From: Anaeromyxobacteraceae bacterium
Lineage (GTDB): Bacteria; Myxococcota; Myxococcia; Myxococcales; Anaeromyxobacteraceae
Direction of reading: 5' to 3'
Assembly (NCBI GenBank): GCA_032654565.1
Contig: JAULAX010000018.1
Span: 128,001-192,000 of the forward strand
DNA length: 64,000 nucleotides
A model generated the notes under the pieces. It was not told the origin of the DNA and did no database searches. It was given only the letters and a program-made list of their open reading frames with translations. A program made the position numbers and the translations under genes. Positions 54,254 to 64,000 of this stretch are shown here, piece by piece; the stretch's first letter is position 1; each line of letters opens with the position of its first letter.

Positions 54254-55614
54254 GCCGAGACCCTCCGCTTCACCGCGGTCCGCACCCCGTCGACGATCTC
54301 GCGCTGCGAGGGGAGCACGCCGCCCATCCGCCGCACGTGGCGGATGTCGATGCCGTGGCCGACGCCGGCGTGGCTGAGCGCCAGCCGCAGCTCGTCCTCC
54401 AGCTGCCCCTCGCTGGCCTCCACCACCACGATCTGCCGGACCCCGTCGAGCAGCGGCTTGAGCGGCTTGATGGGGAAGGGCCAGAGGGTCTGGGGGCGGA
54501 AGAGCCCGGCGGCGATCCCGAGATCGCGCAGCGCCCGCACCGCCCCCTTGGCCATGCGGGCCGGGGTGTTGCAGGCCACCAGCAGCACCTCGGCCCCCTG
54601 GCAGCGGTAGAGGTCGGCGCGCTGCTCGGCCTTGACCATCTTCAGGTACTTGGCCTGCAGGTGGCGGTTGTGGGCCTCCAGGTCGGCCTCGGCGAGGTGG
54701 AAGGAGTTGATGAGGTTGCCGCGGTGGGCGGCGTCGCCGAAGACCGCCCAGGACGGCAGGCCGGGCCGCACCGAGGACGCCGGCAGCGTCACCTTGCCGG
54801 TCATCTGGCCGAGGTAGCCGTCGGCGGCGATCACCACCGGGTTGCGGTACTCGAAGCTGAGCTCGAAGGCGAGCTGGGTGTAGTCGAGCATCTCCTGCGG
54901 CGTGGCCGGCGCCAGCACGATGGCGTGGGTGCCGCCGTGGCCGAGGCCGCGGCACATCAGCTTGATGTCCGACTGCTCCGGCCCGATCCCGCCCAGCCCC
55001 GGGCCGCCGCGCATGACGTTGACGATCACCCCCGGCACCTCGGCGCCGATCATGTAGCTCACCCCCTCCAGCATCAGGCTGAAGCCGGGGGAGGAGGTGA
55101 AGGTCATGGAGGGGAGGCCGGCGCCGCCGCAGCCGTACATCATGTTCACCGCCGCCAGCTCGCTCACCGCCTGGACGAAGTGGCCGTCGAGCTGGGGCAG
55201 CAGCCGGGCCATCAGCTCGGCCCCCTCGGTGGACGGGGTGATGGGGTAGCCGAAGAAGTGGCGGCAGCCGGCCAGCAGGGCGCCGATGGCCGAGGCGTGG
55301 GCCCCCTTCAAGATGAGCGGCCGCCCCTCCGGCAGCGGTCGCCGCTCGGCGGGGAGGTCGACCGGCACCGGCCGCGGGCGGGGCGGAGCGTCGTCGGCCA
55401 CCCGCAGCCCCCAGGGCTCGGGGCAGGCGTCGACGCAGACCGCACAGCCGTTGCACTCGTCGAGGTGGAGCGAGACCGGGATCAGCCCGGTCAGGGAGTT
55501 GATCTCCTGGCCCGGCACGATGAAGCCGTGGGCGCAGGCGTCGACGCAGCGGTTGCAGCCCTTGCAGTACTCCGGCTCGAGGCCAGGCCGTGGTCGCTTC
55601 GACTCCGTCGCCAT
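54250..55614 (-). CDS. 2-oxoacid:ferredoxin oxidoreductase alpha subunit with N-terminal 2x[4Fe-4S] domain (VorB-like)
   Basis: CKGCNRC, CNGCAVCVDACP, GYPITP, TSSPGFSL, MRGGPGLG. Confidence 0.9.
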   Translation of the reverse strand: MATESKRPRPGLEPEYCKGCNRCVDACAHGFIVPGQEINSLTGLIPVSLHLDECNGCAVCVDACPEPWGLRVADDAPPRPRPVPVDLPAERRPLPEGRPLILKGAHASAIGALLAGCRHFFGYPITPSTEGAELMARLLPQLDGHFVQAVSELAAVNMMYGCGGAGLPSMTFTSSPGFSLMLEGVSYMIGAEVPGVIVNVMRGGPGLGGIGPEQSDIKLMCRGLGHGGTHAIVLAPATPQEMLDYTQLAFELSFEYRNPVVIAADGYLGQMTGKVTLPASSVRPGLPSWAVFGDAAHRGNLINSFHLAEADLEAHNRHLQAKYLKMVKAEQRADLYRCQGAEVLLVACNTPARMAKGAVRALRDLGIAAGLFRPQTLWPFPIKPLKPLLDGVRQIVVVEASEGQLEDELRLALSHAGVGHGIDIRHVRRMGGVLPSQREIVDGVRTAVKRRVSA

Positions 55615-55680
55615 CTCCGACCTCCTCGCTGTTCCCTCGACCCCCGGATCTTGGCACCGGTCTAGACAGTTTGCGAGCGC

Positions 55681-56907
55681 TCAATCCGACCCGCGAGGGT
55701 CCTCCGGCCAGCCCACCGCCCCGCGCTGCGGCCAGTCGTCGAGCCGGACGCAGCCCCGCCGCAACGCGTCGAGCGGGTAGGGGGTCCCCCGCCAGACCAC
55801 CCCGCCTCGCCAGAGGGCCGTGGCGGTGCTGCCGAGCAGCACGCCGGCCAGCAGCGCCGAGGAGAGCGGCAGCGCCAGCCCCTCCAGCCCGCTGCCGCCC
55901 GCCAGCCGCCGCGCCGCCCCGCCATGGATGGTGACGCCGACCAGCAGGGCGCCGCCGGCCAGGGCCGCCGCCAGCACCTCACCGCGGGCCAGCGCCAGCA
56001 CCACCAGCGCCAGCGGCCCCAGCCCGGCCAGCGCCAGGGCCAGCGAGGCCGCCACCGCCACCCCGGGCCGGTACTCGGTCCCGGCGAAGGCGTTCTTCAC
56101 CAGGCCGAGCACCGAGGGCCAGAGGCCGTGCTGCCAGCGGACCGAGACCAGCCCGCCTCCGGAGACCGCCCCCTGGGGCACGCCGCTGCGGCGCAGCACC
56201 AGCCCCAGCTTGAGGTCGTCGACCACCTCCAGCCGCAGCCGCTGGTGGCCGCCGATCCGCTCCCAGTCGGCGCGCCGCACCAGGTTGAAGGCGCCCACGC
56301 CGACGAAGGCGCTGCTGCCGGCCACCCGGAGGCGGTGGACCTGGAAGGCCAGCGAGGCGAAGGCGCCGAAGCCGGTGACGAAGGCCCGCTCCAGGAAGCC
56401 CGGGGCGACGAAGCGCGGGGCCGCCGCCAGGTGGCCGAGGCGGTGGGTCCGGGCGTGGCCGAGGGCGCGGGCCAGCGCCCCGGGCCCGAAGACCACGTCA
56501 CCATCGGTGAAGAGGATCCACTCGCCGGTGGCGCGCCGCCCCCCGGCCTCGAGGGCGTGGTTCTTCCCCAGCCAGCCGGCGGGGAGGGCGGTGACGTGGA
56601 CCACGGCGAGGCGGGGGTCCTCGGCCGCCAGCCGGTCGAGGATGGCGCCGGTGGCGTCGGTGGAGCGATCGTCGACCGCCACCACCTGCAGCGACGGGAG
56701 CCGCTGCGCCAGCAGGGAGCGGACCGCCGCCTCGACGCCCCGGGCCTCGTCGCGGCAGGGGACCACCACCGAGAGCGGGGGCGGGTGGGGGTCGGGCGGC
56801 AGCGCCTCCAGGTCGGGCAGGGCCCGGTCGGCCCGCCAGGCCAGCCAGGCCACCCCCAGCCAGCCCCCCAGGGCGGCGGCGGCGAGGGCGAGGAGGAGGC
56901 CGGACAT
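55681..56907 (-). CDS. Family 2 glycosyltransferase, membrane-bound
   Basis: VVVPCRDE, VDDRSTD, WLGKNHA, FTDGD, EVVDD. Confidence 0.9.
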   Translation of the reverse strand: MSGLLLALAAAALGGWLGVAWLAWRADRALPDLEALPPDPHPPPLSVVVPCRDEARGVEAAVRSLLAQRLPSLQVVAVDDRSTDATGAILDRLAAEDPRLAVVHVTALPAGWLGKNHALEAGGRRATGEWILFTDGDVVFGPGALARALGHARTHRLGHLAAAPRFVAPGFLERAFVTGFGAFASLAFQVHRLRVAGSSAFVGVGAFNLVRRADWERIGGHQRLRLEVVDDLKLGLVLRRSGVPQGAVSGGGLVSVRWQHGLWPSVLGLVKNAFAGTEYRPGVAVAASLALALAGLGPLALVVLALARGEVLAAALAGGALLVGVTIHGGAARRLAGGSGLEGLALPLSSALLAGVLLGSTATALWRGGVVWRGTPYPLDALRRGCVRLDDWPQRGAVGWPEDPRGSD

Positions 56908-56985
56908 GGTCCGGTTGTAGCGCGGACCGTGCCGTTCGCCGAAATCTGGCGTGGCCGATGGTGGCGGCGGGGAGTCTCACCTGTC

Positions 56986-57461
56986 ATGCGTGAACCTCGA
57001 CGCTCGTCCGGCGCCCTGGCCGAGGCCCGCCCCGGCGATCTCGGCCAGGCCTTCGAGTTCATGCGCGCCCTCTGGGCGGTGGACCACCAGCTGCAGACGG
57101 CGTCGAAGCGGCTGGAGGCCAGCGTCGGGGTGACCGGTCCGCAGCGGATGGTGATCCGGCTGGTGGGCCATTACCCGGGCATCTCGGCCGGGAAGGTGTC
57201 GGAGCTGCTCCACCTCCACCCCAGCACGCTGACCGGGGTGCTGCAGCGGCTGGAGAAGGCCGGGCTGCTGTCGCGCCGCTCCGACCCGGCCGACGGCCGC
57301 AAGGCCAGGCTGCTGCTGACCGGGCGCGGGCGGTCGATCGACGCAGTGCGTGGTGGAACGGTCGAGGCCGGGTTCGCCGGGCCCTGGCCCGCCTCTCACC
57401 CCGCGCCGTCGCCGCCGCGCGCGAGGTGCTCGACGCGCTTTCCGACGAGTTGTCGCGCTGA
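56986..57461 (+). pseudogene. MarR-family regulator with apparent 1-nt deletion
   Basis: GVTGPQ, LHPSTLTGVLQRLE, DGRKA, LTGRG; C-terminus VRRALARL...DELSR* lies in the -1 frame after GGG at 57370-57372. Confidence 0.75.
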
Positions 57462-57713
57462 TCGGTCCCCTCCGGGCCGCTCGGAGCGCCCGGGTCGAGT
57501 GCGACGGTCGGTGAACCGGTCAACGGTCATTGTAGACTGGTGCGGGCGATGACCCGCAAAAAAAGTCCCCCGGGAACTGCTCTGGATCACCACAACCGGG
57601 CCCGGATCCCGTAGATTGCGCACCCGTTTCAACCGGGATCCCCCCGCCGCACACATCGCTTGGAGGCTGGCCCGACACGCCGGCGCCCCAGCCAGGAAGA
57701 AGGGAACCAACTC

Positions 57714-58379
57714 ATGCGACTGCTCTCGGACTCGATCGGAAGAAAGGTCGTGATGGCGATCACGGGCCTGCTCATGGTCCTGTTCGTCGTCGGCCACCTG
57801 CTCGGCAACCTGAGCATCTACGCGGGGCCTGACGGCATCAACACCTACGCCGCCAAGCTCCACTCCATGCCGGTGGTGGTCTGGATCACCCGGATCGTGA
57901 TGGGGATCGCGGTCCTCTTCCACATCATCATCTCCATCCAGATCACCCTGGAGAACAACAAGGCCAACCCGACCAAGTACGCGGTCGACCGGAGCCTGCG
58001 CGCCACCTTCGCCAGCAAGAACATGATCTGGACCGGGGTGGTCATCGGCCTCTTCATCGGCTACCACCTGCTCCACTTCACGGTCCGGTCGCTGCCCGGC
58101 GTGGTGCTGCTGCAGGACATGCTGGGCCGCTTCGACGTCTACTCGATGGTCTCCGACGCCTTCTCGCGCGGCGGCATCGCCATCCTCTACGTGGTGGCCA
58201 TGGTCGGGCTCTTCCTCCACCTCTCGCACGGCATCCAGAGCACCTTCCAGTCGCTGGGGCTGAACAACCCCAAGACCATGCCGGGCTTCACCACCGGCGG
58301 AAAGCTGCTCTCCGTGCTCTTCCTCGTCGGCTACGGGTCGATTCCCGTGCTCTTTCTCGTTGGCCTTCTCGCCAAGTAA
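57714..58379 (+). CDS. sdhC: Succinate dehydrogenase/fumarate reductase cytochrome b subunit
   Basis: [18 protein letters not shown], five TM helices with His ligands, HLSHG. Confidence 0.92.
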   Translation: MRLLSDSIGRKVVMAITGLLMVLFVVGHLLGNLSIYAGPDGINTYAAKLHSMPVVVWITRIVMGIAVLFHIIISIQITLENNKANPTKYAVDRSLRATFASKNMIWTGVVIGLFIGYHLLHFTVRSLPGVVLLQDMLGRFDVYSMVSDAFSRGGIAILYVVAMVGLFLHLSHGIQSTFQSLGLNNPKTMPGFTTGGKLLSVLFLVGYGSIPVLFLVGLLAK

Positions 58380-58390
58380 GGGGAACAACC

Positions 58391-60309
<1,919 letters not shown>

Positions 60310-60310
<1 letters not shown>

Positions 60311-61122
60311 TGAGCGCCCACACCGAGCACGCGACCATGAACATCAAGCTCATCGTCTGGCGCCAGCCGGCAGCCGACAAGCCGGGTCAGTTCGAGACCT
60401 ACGAGGCCAAGAACATCACGCCCCACCACTCCTTCCTGGAGATGCTGGACGTGGTGAACGAGGACCTGATCAAGGCGGGGAAGGACCCCATCGCCTTCGA
60501 CCACGACTGCCGCGAAGGCATCTGCGGGATGTGCTCCGCGGTGGTCAACGGCGTCCCGCACGGCGGCCACGAGCGCACCACGCTCTGCCAGCTGCACATG
60601 CGGAAGTTCAAGGACGGCGACGCCATCTACGTCGAGCCGTGGCGGGCCCGGGCCTTCCCCATCCTCAAGGACCTGATCGTCGACCGGGGGGCGCTCGACA
60701 AGCTGATCCAGACGGCCGGCTACGTCTCCTGCCACACCGGCGGCGTGGCCGACGGCAACGCCATCCTGGTGGGCAAGCCGCAGGCCGACTACGCCATGGA
60801 CGCCGCCGAGTGCATCGGCTGCGGCGCCTGCGTGGCCGCCTGCCCCAACAGCGCCGCCATGCTCTTCGCCGGCGCCAAGGTGTCGCAGCTGGCCGAGCTG
60901 CCGCAGGGCCAGGTGGAGGCGCCCCAGCGCGTCGCCGCCATGGTCAACGCCATGGCCGAGCTCGGCTTCGGCAACTGCAGCAACCACTACGAGTGCGAGG
61001 GGGCCTGCCCCAAGGGCATCAAGGTGAAGTTCATCGCCCGCATGAACCGCGAGTTCACCAAGGCCCTCTTCCTGGAGAAGATCGGCGCCATCTCCACGGT
61101 CAAGGTCGCCTCGGACGGCTAG
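60310..61122 (+). CDS. sdhB: Succinate dehydrogenase/fumarate reductase Fe-S subunit
   Basis: [33 protein letters not shown]. Confidence 0.95.
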
Positions 61123-61227
61123 CGCTCCACCGGCCCGGCCGGCACCATCCACGGGGCAGGGGCCAGCCGGTCCCTGCCCCGGTTCGTTTCGGCGGGCCGG
61201 GACGGCCCGCGGCAGCAGGGAGGAATC

Positions 61228-62118
61228 GTGAGCCTCGACCCCGAACTGACGGCGCAGCTGAAGCGGGTGCTGGCGGCGCTGGAGCCGCTGCTCCCCCGGC
61301 CGGCCCCGGCCATCGACTGGGCCACCTGCCACGCCGCCAACTGGCACCGCGGCCCGTTCTCCGGGGTCCTCGAGCCGGTGCCGGAGATCGAGGCCATGCA
61401 CCTCGACGACCTGCTGGGCATCGAGGCGCAGAAGCAGGCGGTGGAGGGCAACACCCGCCAGTTCCTGGCCGGGCTCCCGGCCAACAACGCCCTGCTCTGG
61501 GGGACGCGCGGCACCGGCAAGTCGTCGCTGGTGCGGGCCCTGCTCCACGCCTACGCCGCAGAGGGGCTGCGCATCATCCAGGTGGACAAGGACGACCTGG
61601 TCAGCCTGCCGGCCATCGTCGAGTCCCTCAAGGCCGAGCCCTGGCGCTTCCTGGTCTTCTCCGACGACCTCTCCTTCGAGACCGGCGACCCCAGCTACAA
61701 GGTGCTGAAGAGCGCCCTCGACGGCTCGGTCTACGCGCTGCCCCCCAACGTGCTCATCTACGTCACCTCCAACCGGCGCCACCTGGTGGCCGAGTACGAG
61801 AGCGACAACCGCGGCGCCATGATGGTGGAGGGCGAGGTGCACCACGGCGAGGCGGTGGAGGAGAAGATCTCGCTCTCCGGCCGCTTCGGCCTCTGGGTGG
61901 CCTTCCACCCCTTCAGCCAGGACCGCTACGTGGAGGTGGCGCGGCAGTGGGTCGCGCGCCTGGCCGAGCGGGCCGGCGCCCCCACCCCGTGGACCGCCGA
62001 CGCCGAGGCCGAGGCCATCCTCTGGTCGCAGAAGAAGGGCGACCGGAGCGGCCGCATCGCCTGGCAGTTCGCCTGCGACTGGGTCGGTCGAGAGGCGCTG
62101 AAGCGGGTCCGGACCTGA
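61228..62118 (+). CDS. DUF815-family ATP-binding protein
   Basis: PANNALLWGTRGTGKSS, DDLSFE, TSNRRHL, EEKISLSGRFGL, RSGRIA. Confidence 0.9.
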   Translation: MSLDPELTAQLKRVLAALEPLLPRPAPAIDWATCHAANWHRGPFSGVLEPVPEIEAMHLDDLLGIEAQKQAVEGNTRQFLAGLPANNALLWGTRGTGKSSLVRALLHAYAAEGLRIIQVDKDDLVSLPAIVESLKAEPWRFLVFSDDLSFETGDPSYKVLKSALDGSVYALPPNVLIYVTSNRRHLVAEYESDNRGAMMVEGEVHHGEAVEEKISLSGRFGLWVAFHPFSQDRYVEVARQWVARLAERAGAPTPWTADAEAEAILWSQKKGDRSGRIAWQFACDWVGREALKRVRT

Positions 62119-62132
62119 CGTAGAGTGGAGCC

Positions 62133-63053
62133 ATGACCAGCGCCCCGACCTCCGACCTGCGCCGCTTCGCCTTCCTCTCCATCGCCGCGGCGGTGGTGAC
62201 GATCGCCATGAAGGCGGTGGCCTGGCGGATGACCGGCTCGGTCGGCCTGCTCTCCGACGCCCTGGAGTCGCTGGTCAACCTGGTGGCCGCCGTCATCACC
62301 CTGGTGATGCTGATCGTGGCGGCGCGCCCGCCCGACGAGAACCACGCCTACGGCCACGAGAAGGCCGAGTACTTCGCCAGCGGCGCCGAGGGGGCGCTGA
62401 TCCTGCTGGCCGCCGTCGGCATCGCCTGGACCGCCGTCGACCGGCTGCTCCACCCCGCCGGCCTGGAGCAGGTGGGCTGGGGCGTGCTGGTCTCCACCGG
62501 CGCCTCGCTGGTCAACTTCGGCGTGGCCCGGGTGCTGCTGGCCGCCGGCAAGCGCCACCACTCCATCGCCCTGGAGGCCGACGCCCGCCACCTGCTCACC
62601 GACGTCTGGACCACCGCCGGGGTGCTGGCGGCGCTCGGCCTGGTCGCGGTCACCGGCTGGATCATCCTCGATCCCATCATCGCCCTGGTGGTGGCGGCCC
62701 AGATCATCTGGACCGGCGTCCAGCTGCTGCGCCGCTCGGCGCTGGGGCTGCTCGACTCGGCGCTGGCCCCCGAGGAGCAGGCGGCCGTGCGGGCGGTGCT
62801 GGCCCGCCACGAGGGGCCGGCGCTGCAGTTCCACGCGGTGCGGACCCGGCAGGCGGCGTCGCGCCGCTTCGTCTCCATGCACATCCTCGTCCCCGGCAGC
62901 TGGTCGGTGCGGCAGGGGCACGAGCTGGCCGAGCTGATCGAGTCGGAGGTGCGCGGGGTGATCCACAACGCCACCGTCTTCACCCACCTGGAGGCCATCG
63001 AGGATCCGGCCTCGTTCCAGGACCAGGGTTTGGACCGGAGCCCGGCGCCGTAG
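62133..63053 (+). CDS. Cation diffusion facilitator (FieF-like)
   Basis: SVGLLSDALES, HAYGHEKAEY, ADARHLLTD, GHELA. Confidence 0.92.
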   Translation: MTSAPTSDLRRFAFLSIAAAVVTIAMKAVAWRMTGSVGLLSDALESLVNLVAAVITLVMLIVAARPPDENHAYGHEKAEYFASGAEGALILLAAVGIAWTAVDRLLHPAGLEQVGWGVLVSTGASLVNFGVARVLLAAGKRHHSIALEADARHLLTDVWTTAGVLAALGLVAVTGWIILDPIIALVVAAQIIWTGVQLLRRSALGLLDSALAPEEQAAVRAVLARHEGPALQFHAVRTRQAASRRFVSMHILVPGSWSVRQGHELAELIESEVRGVIHNATVFTHLEAIEDPASFQDQGLDRSPAP

Positions 63054-63142
63054 GTCGCCGCGACGCCTCGCCAGCGGACTGCGGAGCGACGGGGCCACCG
63101 ACCGAAGGCCGGCGGCGGCGTCGGGGGCGCGACAGGCCGGAG

Positions 63143-63385
63143 CGCTCCCCGCGCCTGCGGCGCGCCCTCTCGCCAGGGCGTGGCCTCGGGATCGGGCGGG
63201 GCTGGGGCTGCGAGAGTCGCACTCCGGGCCCGCCGCACCCCCGCACCGCCTCGCGAGCGGAGCAACGGACCTCCCTGCGGAGCGACGGGACGACGCCGGC
63301 TCGGGCGCGACTCTCGCAGCCCCCTTTCCGCCCGCTGGCTCGGCCACCTCGCCGGCGAGAGGGCGCGCCGCAGGCGCGGGGAGCG
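63143..63385. repeat. Long nested inverted repeat (MITE/REPIN-like)
   Basis: Perfect 32-bp IR 63143-63174/63354-63385 and perfect 17-bp IR 63204-63220/63307-63323. Confidence 0.9.
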
Positions 63386-63652
63386 ACCCGACCGGCGACG
63401 CCCCGCCGCGCAGCCCCCGGTCCCGCTCCCGCTCCCGGTCCCGCACCCGGTCCAGCCGCCGGTCCAAGGCCGCCGGGGTGCGGCCTTGAGGGCCTGCCGC
63501 GGGACCTTGCGATTGGAGCCCACCCTCATCAAAGACGGCGGCGGCCCTCAAGCCTGCGAACCAGGCTTGCGACGGCGCCACCAGAAGCCGGCCCCGTCGC
63601 GATTGGGCCGTTCGCTTCCCTGCCCTCGATCCCGCTGCTACATTCGTCGGCC

Positions 63653-64000
63653 GTGCGGGTGCTCATCTCCAACGACGACGGCGTCCACGCCGCGGGCCTG
63701 CGCGCGCTGGCGGCCGCCTTCGAGGGCGACGAGGTCTGGGTCTGCGCCCCGGACCGCGAGCAGTCGGCCTCGTCGCACGCCATCTCGCTCCACCGCCCGC
63801 TCCGGCTCCACGAGGTGGCGCCGCGCTGGTTCGCGGTCGACGGCACCCCCACCGACGCCGTCTACGTGGGGCTCAACCTGGTGCTCAAGGAGCGCTGGCC
63901 GGACGTGGTGGTCTCCGGCATCAACCACGGCCCCAACCTGGGGAACGACGTCCACTACTCGGGGACCGTGGCCGCCGCCATGGAGGGGGCGCTGCTGGGT
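63653..64000 (+). CDS. surE: 5'/3'-nucleotidase SurE (partial, runs off window)
   Basis: MRVLISNDDG, APDREQS, DGTPTD, SGINHGPNLG, YSGTVAAAMEG. Confidence 0.95.
   Translation, partial: MRVLISNDDGVHAAGLRALAAAFEGDEVWVCAPDREQSASSHAISLHRPLRLHEVAPRWFAVDGTPTDAVYVGLNLVLKERWPDVVVSGINHGPNLGNDVHYSGTVAAAMEGALLG

Noticed and set aside
55651..55668. Sigma54 promoter at TTGGCACCGGTCTAGA
   Set aside because: Lacks the -12 GC and points opposite to the flanking minus-strand genes.
63440..63610. tmRNA, 6S, SRP, RNase P, hammerhead ribozyme or retron msr-msd
   Set aside because: None of the diagnostic motifs were found and there is no reverse transcriptase nearby; kept only as an unnamed structure.

Overview
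Very GC-rich bacterial DNA whose gene content suggests an Anaeromyxobacter-like myxobacterium (inference). Positions 1-9396 are the right end of an element integrated at a tRNA-Gly(GCC) gene. Only the 3' tRNA half (att core, 9352-9396) and its terminator are in the window. This end carries a lower-GC DUF4062 cargo gene and three IS insertions: IS21 (1981-4554), IS66 with a passenger ORF (4793-7636), and an inactivated IS3-family element (7787-9307). Removing IS66 and IS3 restores one open frame from the att core to an excisionase-like HTH, resembling the attP-inside-integrase layout of myxophages Mx8/Mx9. The rest is mostly core genome: higBA, a BNR-repeat hydrolase, a DUF3494 ice-binding lipoprotein, sigma54 regulators, livKHMGF, a DEAD-box helicase, fabI, rarA, nadK, recN, secA, a two-chain 2-oxoacid:ferredoxin oxidoreductase, sdhCAB and partial surE. 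The most unusual locus is an intact RAYT-like HUH/Y1 nuclease gene (23900-24802). It has a sigma54-type promoter, GTAG-containing inverted subterminal repeats and a structured 3' non-coding region, and it is flanked by a perfect 35-bp direct repeat that duplicates the host's divergent promoter. A dispersed CCCAATC-hairpin repeat with compensatory stem changes also occurs in several intergenic regions. All family assignments come from motif recognition by eye; no searches were run.
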